Assembly: GCA_030141605.1 (NCBI GenBank)
Contig: JAQGDQ010000200.1
Coordinates: 248,001-312,000 of the forward strand
From: Tubiluchus corallicola
Taxonomy: Eukaryota > Animalia > Priapulida
Length of the DNA: 64,000 nucleotides
Reading direction: 5' to 3'
Below, piece after piece: positions 1 to 13,881 of this stretch (its first letter is position 1; each line of letters starts with the position of its first letter). Made by a program: the position numbers and the translations under genes. The notes beneath the pieces are model-generated. The model made no database searches. It was not told where the DNA came from and saw only the letters and a list, made by a program, of their open reading frames with translations.

Positions 1-1273
1 AATATGCAACATGACATGTACATTTGAAGAGAAAACAAATTTGAATGTTAATAGGATTGGTTAACCGGTTCAGAAGAACCTATATTAAAACCTCTCCAAC
101 AAAAGGTTTCACTGTTCAATATAGATTTGACAAACGTATGGTATTAAGTTTGTTTTGCCTTGATCAATATCAATAAAAGAGGAAAAAATATTGAATATGG
201 TTGAATATCGAAGATGAGTAATGAAAGTAATATGAGATGATGAAAATTAGTGAGGTGCCTAGAGTACTTAATAATTTATAAAATACCACGATTATGGATG
301 AACAAGATTGTCTGAATGATCTTGATTCATTAGATATGTCTCACAGATAATTTTTATATTTATATTTGCTGACGTCATTATGTGATTACAACTTATCTCT
401 TTAAAGTCAAAATCTATTGCTGTTTGCCAAACGTAGTTCCTCGCCAAATCTATTACTCATAATTAACTTAGTTGATAACTTTAATTATGCTAATTTAATT
501 TGGTTTAAACGCTTGGTTTGTGTAGTTTGACTGGTTTGAATTTTACTGTTAAATTTTCTGCATATGATTTATATATATTTTGCAGGTTCTACTTACACTG
601 CCAATTCCGTTTGGTCATGGTATTTTAGTTCAATCAATGTAAATTTTTATATTCAGTACAACTAATTAATGAATTAGGCATTTGACATCAATATTAGACG
701 GATTTTTGGAACCATATGCTCTGCTAACTCTGAATTTATTTCCAACCCACTGCAGCAATTACTATTATTGTTATGTGTGTATATATGCATTTACACACAC
801 AAATATGTATGTATAATGTAGATGCACATGCACATATGTGTACATGCAATTATGCATACATTTATACATACATATGTATGTAAATATGCATATATTGAGA
901 ATGTAATTATGACAGTATGAATAATATATAGATTTCTTGCTTACTGCTGCATGAAAATCGAGTGCTGATTGTTATAGCTTTCACAAACCCAATTATTTTG
1001 TGGATTTTCTTAAATTACTTTATAGTGCTTATCAACTTTACTTTTATTGTTGCCTCTTTTACATCTTACTTATATGTTCTGTTATTTTTTTGTTTATTTT
1101 TGATGAGACCAAATCTACAGGAGTTCAAATTAATTTCCTTTAACATCAATTTTAATTATTACACATCCTATCACAAAAATAAGCTGCTTAAATACAACCT
1201 GCTTATATACTTTTGTTTTAATATTATGAGTGAGGGGTGTACGCTTGGTGACCCATACGCTCTTTCTCCACCC

Positions 1274-1362
<89 letters not shown>
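1274..1362. repeat. (CT)n microsatellite
   Basis: Near-perfect CT dinucleotide run; it accounts for the spurious ORFs at 962-1393 and 1130-1369. Confidence 0.95.
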
Positions 1363-1366
<4 letters not shown>

Positions 1367-1889
1367 CACTTAATTATCAAACAAATAAAATAAAATTTGA
1401 AAAATGTTAAAAATATGGGGCTGGCCACTAAAAACTTTTTTAAACGCATACCAATATAAACTAAACATAAAGCGACGATTCGAGTTTTGTTGTTTAATTT
1501 GTTTTTAATTGTTCTATAATTGTCTATTTTTGCCATGCTTTTCAGGCGTCTACGCGTGACAACATTCCGCTTAAGTAGAATGCCACTAACTAGCTCTCTC
1601 GCACACAGTTTAGGACAAAATTGGATTTGCGAAGGCATATTCGCATATAACGCCAACAATGGAATGTCAACCATATGAATATAAGAAATAACAATTAATT
1701 GAAAGTATGAACATTTAAAGTATTTTATTGTAGACTAGCATTAACTTCTCACTGTTTATAAAATTATCGTAATTTACGCAATAATTTAATTACATAAAAT
1801 ATTAAAATCAGCTGCACGAGAAACAGTATTGGCCATAGTACAGTATGAAGTCCCCAAAACATTGCATTGCAATACATACAATGTAAAAA

Positions 1890-2800
1890 AACCAAGTTTC
1901 AATGCATGAGTTTGGATCAACTGTGTTTGGATCAATTTTATCTTTAATTTTTTTCTCTCCGACCAAAAATAGCAAATTTTCCTGCTTTGATTCATACGTA
2001 TAATAAAATGACCAATACAATCTTTCTGCCTTGTTTCAAGCGCAGAAGAGTAAGTTCGGCTCGTTATCTTTGATTCATTCAAATGCCTCAGGCTTAGTCT
2101 AACTTCCCTGACTTAATTTAAATGCTTTGGGATCAATTGTAGCCCTTGTATTCCTGCTTTAAGTTCAGGAATCAGAATCTACTGTTTCAGAGTCAGCGCT
2201 ATTGCATTGCTTTGATTCAAAGTGCATTAGAATCTGTTTAATTAGAACTACTGCTTTGACTGATGTGCACCAGAATCAGACCAATTTTGTATATTGATTT
2301 AAATTCGCTAAGATAATTCTACTGTTTTGATTTAAGTGCGTTTGAATCAGCTCATTCATTCAACTTTGATTTACGTGACTTAGCTGCCAAGTCCAAACTT
2401 CTGCTTTGATTCAAGAGAATGATAGACTAGAACCAGCCAACCCTTTTGCGTTGATTCATTTGCATTGGAAATAGTCCAGTAAGTCCAGTACAACCTCCTT
2501 GAGTAAAATGAATTACAATCATCAATACACTCTTTTTTATTCAAGCGCGTTAGAAATCAGCCCATTTCATTTGCTTTGATTCAAGTGCATTAGAATGAGT
2601 TCATTCATCCTGCCTTAATTCAAAAGAATCCATCAGAATCAGTGCAATCGGCCCATCCCCCGGGCTGGATTCAACAGTACTGGAACCAGTCCAATGTTTT
2701 TGCTTTCATTCAAGGGCATCAGAGCTGTAAATCCTCTTGCTTTGATACAGTTGCACTAGAAATAGTCCAATACTGCCTGGTGCAGCGGAATTAGTCCCAT
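1890..2800 (-). repeat. Degenerate tandem array of ~39-bp units (minus-strand consensus about TGGACTGATTCTAATGCACTTGAATCAAAGCAGGATGAA)
   Basis: The plus-strand motif tgctttgattcaagtgcattagaatcagtcca recurs with heavy divergence, e.g. near 1982, 2208, 2251, 2402, 2572, 2701 and 2738. It lies directly downstream of the stop of family member 1. Confidence 0.7.
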
Positions 2801-3150
2801 CCTTCTACTTCTACTCTTGCCTCTAGTGCAGTAGTATCACCGAGATGCAAGCCCAATTCTCCTGCCGATGAATCTGCAGCAGAATATGGTATATCCGAAG
2901 TACCTTCCATTAAACCGGTCTGTCCCTCGTTTCCTGTAACGCGTTGATAATTGTGTATGCTTGGTAGCTCCGAAGCTTCTTTCATCCCTCCTACAATCAT
3001 AGCGCTATCTGAAAGGCTCAAGTGCTGTGCTAGTACGAGCTGGTCAGTATTAATGTAATAATAATTATTAATGACTGGAGTTTGACAACAAGGCATCTGT
3101 GATATGTGCGGTTGTCGTTGGAGATGTTGTTGTCTAAAGTATTGATGACG
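2791..3150 (-). CDS. Secreted DP-motif family member 1, 3' coding exon only (5' exon not identified)
   Basis: Acceptor tctctatcttttccggtgcag precedes 3150. The exon reads RHQYFRQQHLQRQP..PCCQTPVINNYYYINTDQ...AGELGLHLGDTTALEARVEVEGWD*, matching both family motifs in diverged form. The upstream part of ORF 2791-3570 looks intronic. Confidence 0.6.
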   Translation of the reverse strand, partial: RHQYFRQQHLQRQPHISQMPCCQTPVINNYYYINTDQLVLAQHLSLSDSAMIVGGMKEASELPSIHNYQRVTGNEGQTGLMEGTSDIPYSAADSSAGELGLHLGDTTALEARVEVEGWD

Positions 3151-3599
3151 CTGCACCGGAAAAGATAGAGACAAATCTATGAAGAGTAGAAGGTTAAGAA
3201 CGGAAATGTGTCCCAAGAAAAGGAATCTGCAAAATAAGATAACAACAAAACTAATAAAATTGCAGATCAACCAAAGACCGAAATTTATTCCTTTCTTTGG
3301 CTCGTTCTGTATTTCGTTGCAATATTCTACAATGTTTTTCTCATAGTATTTTACGATCTCGATGCGACCAGTTGATACTTGATAAAAATACAAATTTAAA
3401 AAGAAATGATTATGTCTTTTTGTAAAAAAATATAAAATACATATTACATGTTCAGATGAATACAAATAAATACGTGTGTTTGAGGTTAACAAAATAGTTA
3501 CCATCACATTCAGTAATTGTTGTAGCCTGCAAAATGGCACAAAGTTGAAGCCTTCAAAGTGTCCTTCCATATATGTAATATTGTTGCCTCAACATCGAA

Positions 3600-3851
3600 T
3601 GTCAGCCCTTGACATTAAATTTTTAAATGAATAGTGTTTCTTGACGCCATATTACATGGCGTGGCCATGACTTCCGGTCGCAAGGGAATGGGATTTGAGT
3701 TCTGAGGAAGGGCATCAGTTTGTGAATGATTGTTTCCACAACTGATACTCTTCTCTGAACATTTAAGAGCATCAGTTGTTGAAGGATTTCTTTCCAGAAT
3801 TGATGCTTCTCCTTGTGACAGAATCTCCTTGTGACCGACAGCGAACAACAT
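3600..3851 (-). pseudogene. Possible degenerate extra family member
   Basis: The ORF ends ...PCNMASRNTIHLKI*. Removing one A from the AAAAA run gives CNMASRNTIHLKFNVKG, similar to CGSNTINIVFHVNG of member 7. No signal peptide or C-terminal motif was found. Confidence 0.3.
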
Positions 3852-5537
3852 CTAATGTCGGAGAAATGGCAAATGGATCTTTTCCGCATGTTACTTTATG
3901 TAATGATCGTGACATGTGTATATCCAAATTACGTTTCACCTTTAAAATCTTAGTAGCTTACCTTGGTTTACGCATCGTTTTATTGATTGCTATCAGTTTG
4001 TTATTTCCCAAAAATATATTGCAACAAAAGCACCTTGTAACCGCACCTGATTACACCTGATCGCACCTTAACGCAAATTTAGTCTTTATTCATATCAAAC
4101 TCAATGACTGTACCACGTAGACCACCAGTTGGTTGGATTTTAAAGTTTCTAAGACAAATGTCGTATATAAAAAGCATTGCCGTATTATTTTATCCTTGAA
4201 AACTGGTTTCGTTCTGTTAACATGACATTAAGACGATAAAAAGTCTAAAATAAACTAATGACATATGCCGGTCGTGTATAAGCCGCATTAAGAACCATGT
4301 TTTTTTTTCTTTTTACATTTTGAAAACGTTCGATAAATCTCATTTTTACTCGTCTTTATCTTTTATATACAATTCGGAACATTGCAAGCCGGAGTCTAGC
4401 AGGAGCAAGTTGTGCTAAATTGGATGGTCGTAGCGATACCGGCATCTGATTCATTTTTCTGAAACAGTGAGCACACGATGTAATTTATCGTCTACAGCAA
4501 CTTGCCTAATAGATTTTTACTCGTCTGCAGATTCGATAAACGCTGCTTTACCCACTTTGTCGCACACAAACCTTTATTAAACATGCTTAATTTGAGTAAT
4601 ATATGGCATTATTTTGTAAAAAGTATGATATGAAACGTAAATGTTTAGATCATAGATCAATGTTCAAAAACATAGATATGAGCAATGATGAAAAATTTAA
4701 ATTTATCTTCGGCAATGATGATACGAAAGCGTTAGTATTAATTTGAAACTTTGTCAGAGATTATTTTAAAAGCAGTCAAAATAATTAAACGTCCGTCCAT
4801 TGTTACGTTTGTTACGGTATTTTATCATTTAATTGTCGTGTGTCAAATGAGTATATTATGAATCAAATTGTAATGTTGTGATTTATGAATCTGCCTTATT
4901 GTCATTAATATTTTGTAAATATGTGTTGTATAATTATTGTAATGTATTCGTGCAGGATTGTAAATCCAATAAATTAAATTAAATTAAACTTAAATTAAAA
5001 AATTTTTTGTCTCTGACAAACTAAACTGTTCTCGTGTGCGGGCTCGATATAAAATTTGTATACCGGAAAACCACGTCAGACTAATCAGAAGCAATCGTTT
5101 AGTCATGTGTTAACTAATAATAATAACTAATAACTGTTTCCGCTGTTAGTCGTGATGTCTCATTTAACTTCAAGCAAGAGACGATTTGCGTCAAACAGGT
5201 TTTTCAGACAGATTTTTTGCCATGTAGTATTAGCCACGTTCATATTGCAAATATCAAACAACGTCAAGCGCGATTTTTGTGTAGTACAAGATAACCTTGG
5301 GAACGCACACCATTCGCGTCCTTTTATTTTCTACCGTAGATTTAACATTTTGTAGTATTTCCACTTTTTGCTCATAGATGGCACAACTAGGAAAATGTTT
5401 CATGGAAGTGTTTGATTATTCATTGGTTAGAATGTGCAGTAGCCCTGCGCTTCAGTCTGCTGGTTGACATCACCTATGCTAATCACCTATGCACCTATGG
5501 TATCACTCACTCATACGTCAGTCAGTCACTCATTTTA

Positions 5538-5541
<4 letters not shown>

Positions 5542-5617
<76 letters not shown>
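5542..5617. repeat. (CT)n(CA)n compound microsatellite
   Basis: Direct sequence inspection. Confidence 0.95.
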
Positions 5618-7324
5618 TTTCTCTCCAACCGCCCATCCATTTGTCCTGCCTTGTCGCGAAGTTCGCCTTAATTACTTCGCGTTCATTAACTTGACTTTTA
5701 AATATTACATAGTGTCTTCAGAAAAGGCTAACAGGCTTATTACTTGTGGGCAAAGTTTAATTTCAGTTCCAGCTGTCTCGCCTATTTCATTGCCCACATG
5801 CCTATCAGATTCTGCCATATACTACCCTTACCTACCAACCTGCTTAACAGCCTGTTTGTTTACTTGCGTACCTGTTGCTAGCCATACAACATACTACTTA
5901 TCTAGAAGTGATCTTAGCTTTTTAGGTTCATCGCATTTCTTTTCGTTACTGGAGGCTCGAGTTATTTTGAATCCAAACGTCTCTCTTTTCATCATAGTCA
6001 CTCAGATCAGATGTTAATAATGGTCTCTCCTCTTTCTGTTGTTATTGTTGTTGTCCTCGTCGTTGTCGTTGCAGTTGTCATGGGGTCTTGACGGTGGTCA
6101 TCGTCGGCATTTTAATGTGTAAAAAACTTGTGTAACTGTTTGCAGCTATGCATTGTTAGAAGTTATGGCGATGGTACGAGTAATAGAAGTTTTGACCAAT
6201 GACGTCACAGTGTTTTGCTAGTTGAAGATATAAAAATGCCTTGCCAAGATGTGCAAAATATCCTGTCGGGTAACGATGCAGAAAACCACATTCCACCAAG
6301 CTTTTTACTATTCGAATTCAGTCTCTACTCAGTACTCGGTAAATATTATGTCTGTCATTGTGCAAAGAGTAAAAAATTACCCAGAAACTGTTGTAGGCAT
6401 GACAGTGTTTGGCCATGGAGATTTAAATTACCGGATCTACACACAGCTAGACAGTTTGACCAGAAGTCAAACGGATCTCCGCACAGCTACACACTTTGAC
6501 CAAAAGTCAAGGCTAAATACCGCTCTTTTTTATCCATAGTAATTGAACAATCCTCAAACCCATCTGCTGGATTTGTAATACATTTACGCAATAAGTTTTG
6601 TATGGAATTACGCTGATTAAGCCCCTCCGCTTAGCACGGACTAAAATCTCATTTATCTGCTTTAAAATATGTAAAAGTTTTTAAATTTTATTTGCTACTT
6701 TTTTCTTAATAAAAATAAAATCTAAATAAGAAAAATAAAAACAAATCATCTATTTTGTGGATTATAGATTTATTCCGTAGATATAGTAACTCGCTAACCT
6801 CTGAGACAGTATGCCAAGCAGACATTTTGAATTTTATCACTTACCCAGATTTTGAACTATTTTACACTGAGAAAATATTATTGAACCCAGAGTGTTATGT
6901 TGCGCTTAGAGAAAGTTGTTTCACTGCATTAGAATCATAAATGTAAATAACATCACATCAGAACGATGGCAAACAAATACGTTGAAATCAGAGAAAAATA
7001 TTTGTTAACTCAGCGTAAGCGAAGCTAGCTTTGCCTATTTAACATTTCTTAGGCACAAAATTATATGATAATTAAATTGTTGACAGATAAACCTGATGGT
7101 CGATAAAAATATCATAACGTCACGTTTTGTAAAACCATGTATAATGCGTAAACATAGAAGAGAAATTACGTTTAAATATATAATAGATATAAATAATATA
7201 TCAAATATATATATTTGACCTCCTTCATCATTGCAAAAATATATCTTTGACATTGACTTTACATGTGGTATAAGTACATTAGATGCCTGAATGTTTCTTT
7301 TTTCACTGTCAAATGTTTGGCAGT

Positions 7325-7753
7325 TCAGCTTATCTCAAAGCGTGCGTTCCCTGCATTTGGATCTGACAGTAGATTTCCAAACTCGCCTCCTACTGCACTA
7401 GGAAATATTTCTTCCCCGTTACCTGCATCAGTGTCAAAGAGTGACTGCTGAACTCCATCGATATTAAGAATAATGTTAACTAAAGAACCGGAACAAGACG
7501 GGTTTCCTTCTTGTGGTCTAAACAGTCTTCGTCGGACGTGTTCACGTTGAAGAGCTTCAGTGTTTATAAGTATTTGCTGGATGAATCCATGTCCTTGCTG
7601 AGTTTGCGGCTCGCGTTGAAGACTTCGGGCGCTTTGAAGAACCTCTTCTATGAACTGCTGCTCTTTCTGGATATCACCAAGAGCTGATTGGCCTATTGGC
7701 GGGGCTGTAGAAAGTCCAAAACAACACATGGCTACCATCACAATGTACTTCAT
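7325..7753 (-). CDS. Secreted DP-motif family member 2 (142 aa)
   Basis: Signal-like MKYIVMVAMCCFGLSTA; two internal Q-FI-Q-IL helical repeats; SCSGSLVNIILNIDG; GGEFGNLLSDPNAGNARFEIS*. Single coding exon, with a putative 5'UTR exon donor (gtaag) at 8099. Confidence 0.85.
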   Translation of the reverse strand: MKYIVMVAMCCFGLSTAPPIGQSALGDIQKEQQFIEEVLQSARSLQREPQTQQGHGFIQQILINTEALQREHVRRRLFRPQEGNPSCSGSLVNIILNIDGVQQSLFDTDAGNGEEIFPSAVGGEFGNLLSDPNAGNARFEIS

Positions 7754-8094
7754 CTTGCTACTGTAATGTTGCTGAAGAATACGCCTAGTTGCTGAAGAAT
7801 TTTGTAGGTAGCTAGATGATTGGCTTTTCCTTCACTGTCACAGGTCTTTTGTTAACTTCTTTGTGAAAAGAACAAACATTACATGTTTAAGTTTGCTCCC
7901 AAATTTAACACAAAAAACTATGGCGCAGTAGTTGTGTAAAACTAGTATTTATCAAATGCTCTTCAAATTATTATGAATTTTGAAAATGATAAAAAGATGT
8001 TCGTGAAGAAATCAAAAATTGCTTCTACGTTTTTTTTTACAAAACATCAATTTTTTGAGAACTATGTAATTTTTTATATATCTGTATATATTGT

Positions 8095-8340
8095 CTTACC
8101 TTCAGTTTAAAATAAAGTTCAGCACAATAATTTGATTATCAATTAGTCAGCAATTTGTTTCATGCACAAATCATAAATTCAATAAAGGTTGTACTATGTC
8201 TGTGTCAATATCGTGAACTCTGAAGTTTTGTAAAAAAAAATATGCTTTGTATCAAGCTAAATTAACAATCAATGTGAAAAGGAAAGATAGGGCGAGGCTT
8301 CATGCTTGACTGACTGCAGTTCCTAGCGTATCTGAGCAGC
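8095..8340 (-). promoter_or_regulatory. Putative non-coding first exon and proximal promoter of member 2
   Basis: Donor GT at 8099-8098. Blocks 8095-8170 and 8290-8337 are recognisably similar to 14945-15020 and 15156-15205 upstream of member 4. Confidence 0.5.
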
Positions 8341-10488
8341 AAAATTAGCAAAACGAAAACAACAAAAAGCTTTGAAAATGGCTATGCGTTTGCAGACAAC
8401 TTTCCATTCTCATGGTGCTGTTAACAAGTGAAAATAATGAAAAAATGTATTCGCTGGGGTCAAATAGGCTGGAAGCAAGAAAGGAGTGGAAAGGAGAGGG
8501 CAGGAAAGGAAGGAAAAGAACGGAGAGAAAACGAAACAGTAATACCTACTCCACACGGTCCTTCAAAAGACTGATATTGTAAAGAATGACATTCAAATCA
8601 CTGAACTCTGTCTATACGATCAGTTTTCACCGACAGTTACTTTGCGCATAATCAGGGGCTTACTATTTATTAAAGAGGTGTTTTCTAACTTCTCTTCATT
8701 TCTGAAATATTACCAAAAACGGCTCGTACAAAAACGAGCTTTGTTTTAACATGTGCTGCAAAGGCAAAGCGAAACGGAAGAAAAAAGAACTTCGGCAAAG
8801 AAATGAAACAAGAAGTTATTATCATATGCTTCGGCAATTAAAAGTAGGAGTGCAAATGAATTTTTAAATCATACTCAGATAAGACCAAGTCGCCAAGTAT
8901 GCTCGATTAGTTTGCTGGACAAATGTCCATGTCTAAATAATGCAAAAAGAGTAGATTGTCAATGCACCATAAGCGCCACAGTACGAGCACAAACTCCTAT
9001 ACATTTACTTGTGCAAGTCTGTAAAACGTATGTATAGTAGTCACTCACGGACATTTCTGCAGTAAAATCTGCACTCACACGCACTTACAAAATATAATTT
9101 ATGCAATCGCTTTTTGTTAAAAAGTCTTAATTGTTTTAGTAACAGCGGCGTTTATAGCGCGCCATTTACGTATCCGCTATAAATGTACTCTTTTAGTTGA
9201 GTTACCAGGGCACATTCCGAGAATGAGGACAGACACCCAAAAAAATCACAAGCAATTTCATATTGTCAAACTTGAATGACATTCAAATTTCACTATAATT
9301 TCCGACGTCCACAAGGTCCTTCAACACTGACAAACTCGAGAATGACCGTGTGGACGATCTTTAAAAATCTCATAGTGAAGCAAAATGTCAGGAGTCAATT
9401 CAGAAATCCCGCTTCATACAGGAATCGATGAATAAAACGTAAAGATTGTGATCACATTAGGCAGATAAAAGCATATCAAACTATTAATGTACAGCTTCAG
9501 AATCATGACCAGGTTTGTCAGTAATTCACCATATGAAGCAAATCAGACTCACCAGCGTAGATGTCACACTAATGTAATATGCAAATAAGAAAATTTCAAT
9601 GACATAATTTAAGTTATTATTACTTACTATTTGGTCCACTGCAATTGAATGACTATTGTCATCAATCAACGAAAGTTTGCAATTCATTTGAATTTTTTCA
9701 TATTTGGCTTATTTTTATGTATATTCAATATGTATATTTAATATATGCCTACATATACATACGTTGTTCAAGTATAATAGTTTGCAGTAGTTTCTGCACT
9801 TAAATTTATTTTATGTAAGTTAATGCACTATTTTTAAATTTTATTGTTACCTTTGTAAGCCTAAAAAGTTTTACATAGAATTGGAGATGGAAAAAACAAA
9901 GAAAACTTATACACTTTGTGAACGATAGATTTTCTTTTCCAGGAATAACATTCACAAATAGTTTTTACCTCATTCTGAGACAGGCGAAACAAACATTTTA
10001 GACTCCAGTAATTACAGTACGCAGATTTTGAATGTTTACACTGAAAAAATGTTAGTACGCTTTCAGTGTTACACCTCGTCAGAGAATATAATATCGGCTA
10101 CGTTCTCTCACTGCGTCTAATATAATGAGTTGTCCCTTTGCATTTAAGTTACGAAATTCATAAAATTTGTATATAACATTACGCATTTTAAATTATAGGA
10201 ATCAGGCATATATTAAAATCACAGTAAAACTTACCAACTATATATAAACTATTTAATAAAATAATAAAATAACGTTGGCCTATGTAAACTAGTAGCAGAT
10301 AAACCCGACTATCAATGCAAATATAAAGACATTTGTTGCGACTTTCGGAGAAAATAGCAAGCAAACACCCAAAAAGAAACTAAACGTTCAAAGAGAAACT
10401 ATGAAAGGACTAAACACCCACCGGCGTAACATATATGGATTATTTCAAAGATGGTAATTTCTGTCTTCTTACTGAAGTTGTTTGCAGT

Positions 10489-10686
10489 TTAGCCTACTTC
10501 TAAGCGTTTGATCTTTGCATGTGGATTTGATAGTAGATTTCCGAAGTCGCCCCCTAGTCCCACAATAGGTATGCGGAACAGTTGCACTTTTGGCAATCCG
10601 CTGACGGCTGTTTCGTCAACTGGTGGAGCCGTGGAGAGTTTAAAGCAACATACAATGAATAATGCTAGAATCACAATGTATTTCAT
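10489..10686 (-). CDS. Secreted DP-motif family member 3 (65 aa, internally deleted, possibly a pseudogene)
   Basis: The N-terminus is near-identical to member 4 (MKYIVILAL.IVCCF.LSTAPPVDETAVSG.PK). It lacks the Gln-rich and Cys-strand middle but keeps GGDFGNLLSNPHAKIKRLEVG* in frame. Confidence 0.65.
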   Translation of the reverse strand: MKYIVILALFIVCCFKLSTAPPVDETAVSGLPKVQLFRIPIVGLGGDFGNLLSNPHAKIKRLEVG

Positions 10687-11030
10687 CTCGCTGTAATATA
10701 TTAGTGGAAATACTTGCTGATGAATTCTGTAAAAAGGCTCTAAATACTCTCTCCCTTTAGATTACAGCAAGGCAATATATCTCTTGGTCTTTGTTAACTC
10801 CTAGTAAAAACAAAAAAAAACGTTTTATGCTTAAATACTTGGTAGTTCGTACATAAAACAGTAGATTATATCTGTAAATCAATACAAATTGCCAAGGTTT
10901 TATAAAAATATTCTTTTTCTTATAACAAACCTTTGAAAATAACATGCAATTTTTCACAGTTTAAAATGGAGAGCAAACTTCACGAAATTGTATAACCTAG
11001 TATATTTACGACACTTTATAACAGGTATGT
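10575..11030. repeat. Near-identical direct duplicate of 14211-14665
   Basis: About 455 bp align with few mismatches, covering the signal-peptide CDS, the 5'UTR and part of the intron. Similarity ends abruptly after acaggtatgt. Confidence 0.9.
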
Positions 11031-13464
11031 TTTATGTCACAGTTGGATCCACCTGTTGCTCCCGTCTCGCAAACGGGCGCCGTACACAGTTACAGCTGGG
11101 TGCAACACATTGGAGATCTCAGCTTACCCTCTTTTATCTATTTTATGGTTCTCTAGTTCAGAGATGGCTACACGATGCACCTTGTGACTTACAAAAGTGA
11201 AGGGCTGATCGTTGAGAGGATAAGCTCTTGCTGAGGCAACATTTGCTTGGCTGATGAAGAAAGGATCTACTCTAACTCTTCCCTTGGTGAGACAACTTAG
11301 TCTTACCAAAATGTATATGCAGTATGAGCAATCAACTTGTAAAACAACAACTCGTGGCATCTTAGTTGTGTGGTGCAGCTTCCATTAAACATCTTGTGAC
11401 GTGTTAGTTGCAACGAGTAAGTTATATGCCGTGTTGCTATCAAGTTGCTACAGAAACAAGCCAAGGCTGAGAATTTTGACATCTATCGGCAAAAATTCGT
11501 ACTAAGCATTTGTTTAAAATTAACAGCAATAACACCAGAATTTTATTGTTTTGTCCAGTAAAAGGCAATCTTAAAAATGTGTGTCAGCGACTAGATAGAT
11601 TTATAAATGCTTGTGAAAATGGAAAAATGGCGAAAACAAAGGTTCAATGAGAGTTTACAAGTCATTTTAATCACTTTTTATTTCGTGAAGATGACAATTA
11701 GTGTGCGTGCAAACAATCGTTTAAAAATGTAATAAAATTTCTTATGGTGGGTTACTTATGAATCGGATATTGTGCTTGTTATAAAACATAAACTTATCAC
11801 TTTTCTGAAATTTTTCGGAAGCAAATGCACAACAAATCATGGCCGAAATTATCCTGAATTGACCGACAAAAGAATTTCATTTGCATTCCTGTAAAGTATA
11901 CTTTATCCAATGATGTGTCTCCTAAGTCGGAAGATAAAATGTTAATATACATGTAAGGCAACTCTTGGAAGGAATCTAAATTTGGCCGACGTTACGCTGC
12001 TATACGTTTGTGCAGTTTGTAAGTCTTTAAGCTTGCCAAATGAAAATGACATAGGTATATACGTGAAAAATGCAGTTTCATTTGGGTAATCTCTTCAGTT
12101 GTCTTGATAGACCACATATTGGCCAAAAGAATCCCCGCTTTTGTAAAAAAGTGTAATCTTTCTGTGTGAACCTTACGAAAAAAAGGCATCTGCATACTTA
12201 CATGTTTTTCTCAAAAAGCACAGCATAAGCCTAGCATGAAGCTTAAAAAATTCGTCTCGAAATTTCATACCACTTTTCATATGTATGGCTTGCATCGGCC
12301 CGTAACGCTGTATAAAACGTGTAAATTTAAACTGCCGCGATGACCGTTGGGCGCAGCCATTTTAATGGTAGGTCGTTTGAAACAAGTTTTGATAACATTA
12401 AGTAAAGTTTAAAAAAATAATCAGAGCATTTGTAGCATACATGTGGCTAATTAAGTAAAATTTTAAATTACTGTATCTTGTCAATGAAAAATACGTTTTT
12501 GGCTAGTGAGTGGCGCACCTTGGAGAGTGAGTCAGCGACATTTTACCAATTGGCCCAAACATTTTAAATTATTAGTCTAGATACACAAGTCTTTCCAGCA
12601 GGCAAGTGAAACGCTAAGTAATATAGATTTGCACGGAAAGTTTTTTGGGTCATAATTTAACATTTCCTTTTCTTCCCCTGCTTTACGTGGCGTAGTGACG
12701 TCATGTAATGGCGCTGTTGGAACGGTATTGCGGGAGATTTAAAATGAAAAGAAACAAAAATTCCTTTCAACGCGAATACGATATGTGCATAAAATTGCTG
12801 CAAAGTAGTATAATTTTTTAAGGCTATTTTTCTGAAACCTACTTCAGGTGCCCCTTTTCTTGTCATTTAAGTACACTGCAATTGTATGTTCTTCCCTTTC
12901 GCTCGTGTTTTTCCCATTATTTTGTCATGCATCTGCATGTACATCTCTCTTTGCATTTCTTGAGTTCTTTTCTTTATTGACTTTATATAAGATAATTCAC
13001 TATTAAAGTTTTCTTTATTACTAAAAAACGACATTTGTGATTAAATTCCATTATTTAAACTGAGTAAATTTTAAATAATTTTTAGGTAGATACATTATTT
13101 ATTACTTGTTGTTAAAAACAGTTGGAAAATCAAAGACAACTCATATTTTTTATAGATGAGAGATTTACTCTTGAAAAGCGAACACTGTATTCATTCGCAG
13201 TTTAGGTTTCACTTTGAGAGAGAATGTAGAACAAAAATTTTAAACTTGATCGATTTTTAGATTTTGAATATTTACCCAAGAAAACATTATAACATCTGCA
13301 TCTAACTAATGAAAGTTGTTTCGTAATTCATTGCCCTGAAGAAATACGTATTTTAAATACGAATGTACTAGGAAATTAAACACATATTAAAACTAGCGCA
13401 AAACTTTTACGTACTGTAAGCCTAAATAATTAGCTGAACCTATTTAGCATTTCATATGTATATA

Positions 13465-13643
<179 letters not shown>

Positions 13644-13881
13644 CCAATAATAGTTAAACTATTAATAATAGTTCCAATAATAATTAAACGAATTAAACGA
13701 TTGGCCTGCGTACAGATAATTGATACAAATTTCATAAAGACGCTCATGTGATTTCAATGGAAACAGTAAGTAAACATTCACAAAGAAATCCAAGACAGTA
13801 CAGAAAATATGTGCAATATTTCAAAGACATATCTTTGGCATTATGCATAATATAATAAATGTTTAAAAATGTCTGTAAATT

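Noticed and set aside
962-1393. 143-aa ORF and other ORFs with SL/ER/CV/HT/poly-I/poly-L tracts (5412-6017, 13430-13747, 26775-27153, 32580-32833, 38660-38971)
   Set aside because: They are open only because they cross stop-free microsatellites; they have no protein-like content.
3151-3570. N-terminal 140 aa of ORF 2791-3570
   Set aside because: AT-rich, F/I/L/Y-biased intron-like sequence upstream of a clear acceptor at 3151-3152.
11036-11451. Possible solo LTR (tgtcaca...gctaca, ATTAAA) at the end of the member 3 duplication
   Set aside because: No target-site duplication, partner LTR or internal coding remnant could be confirmed.
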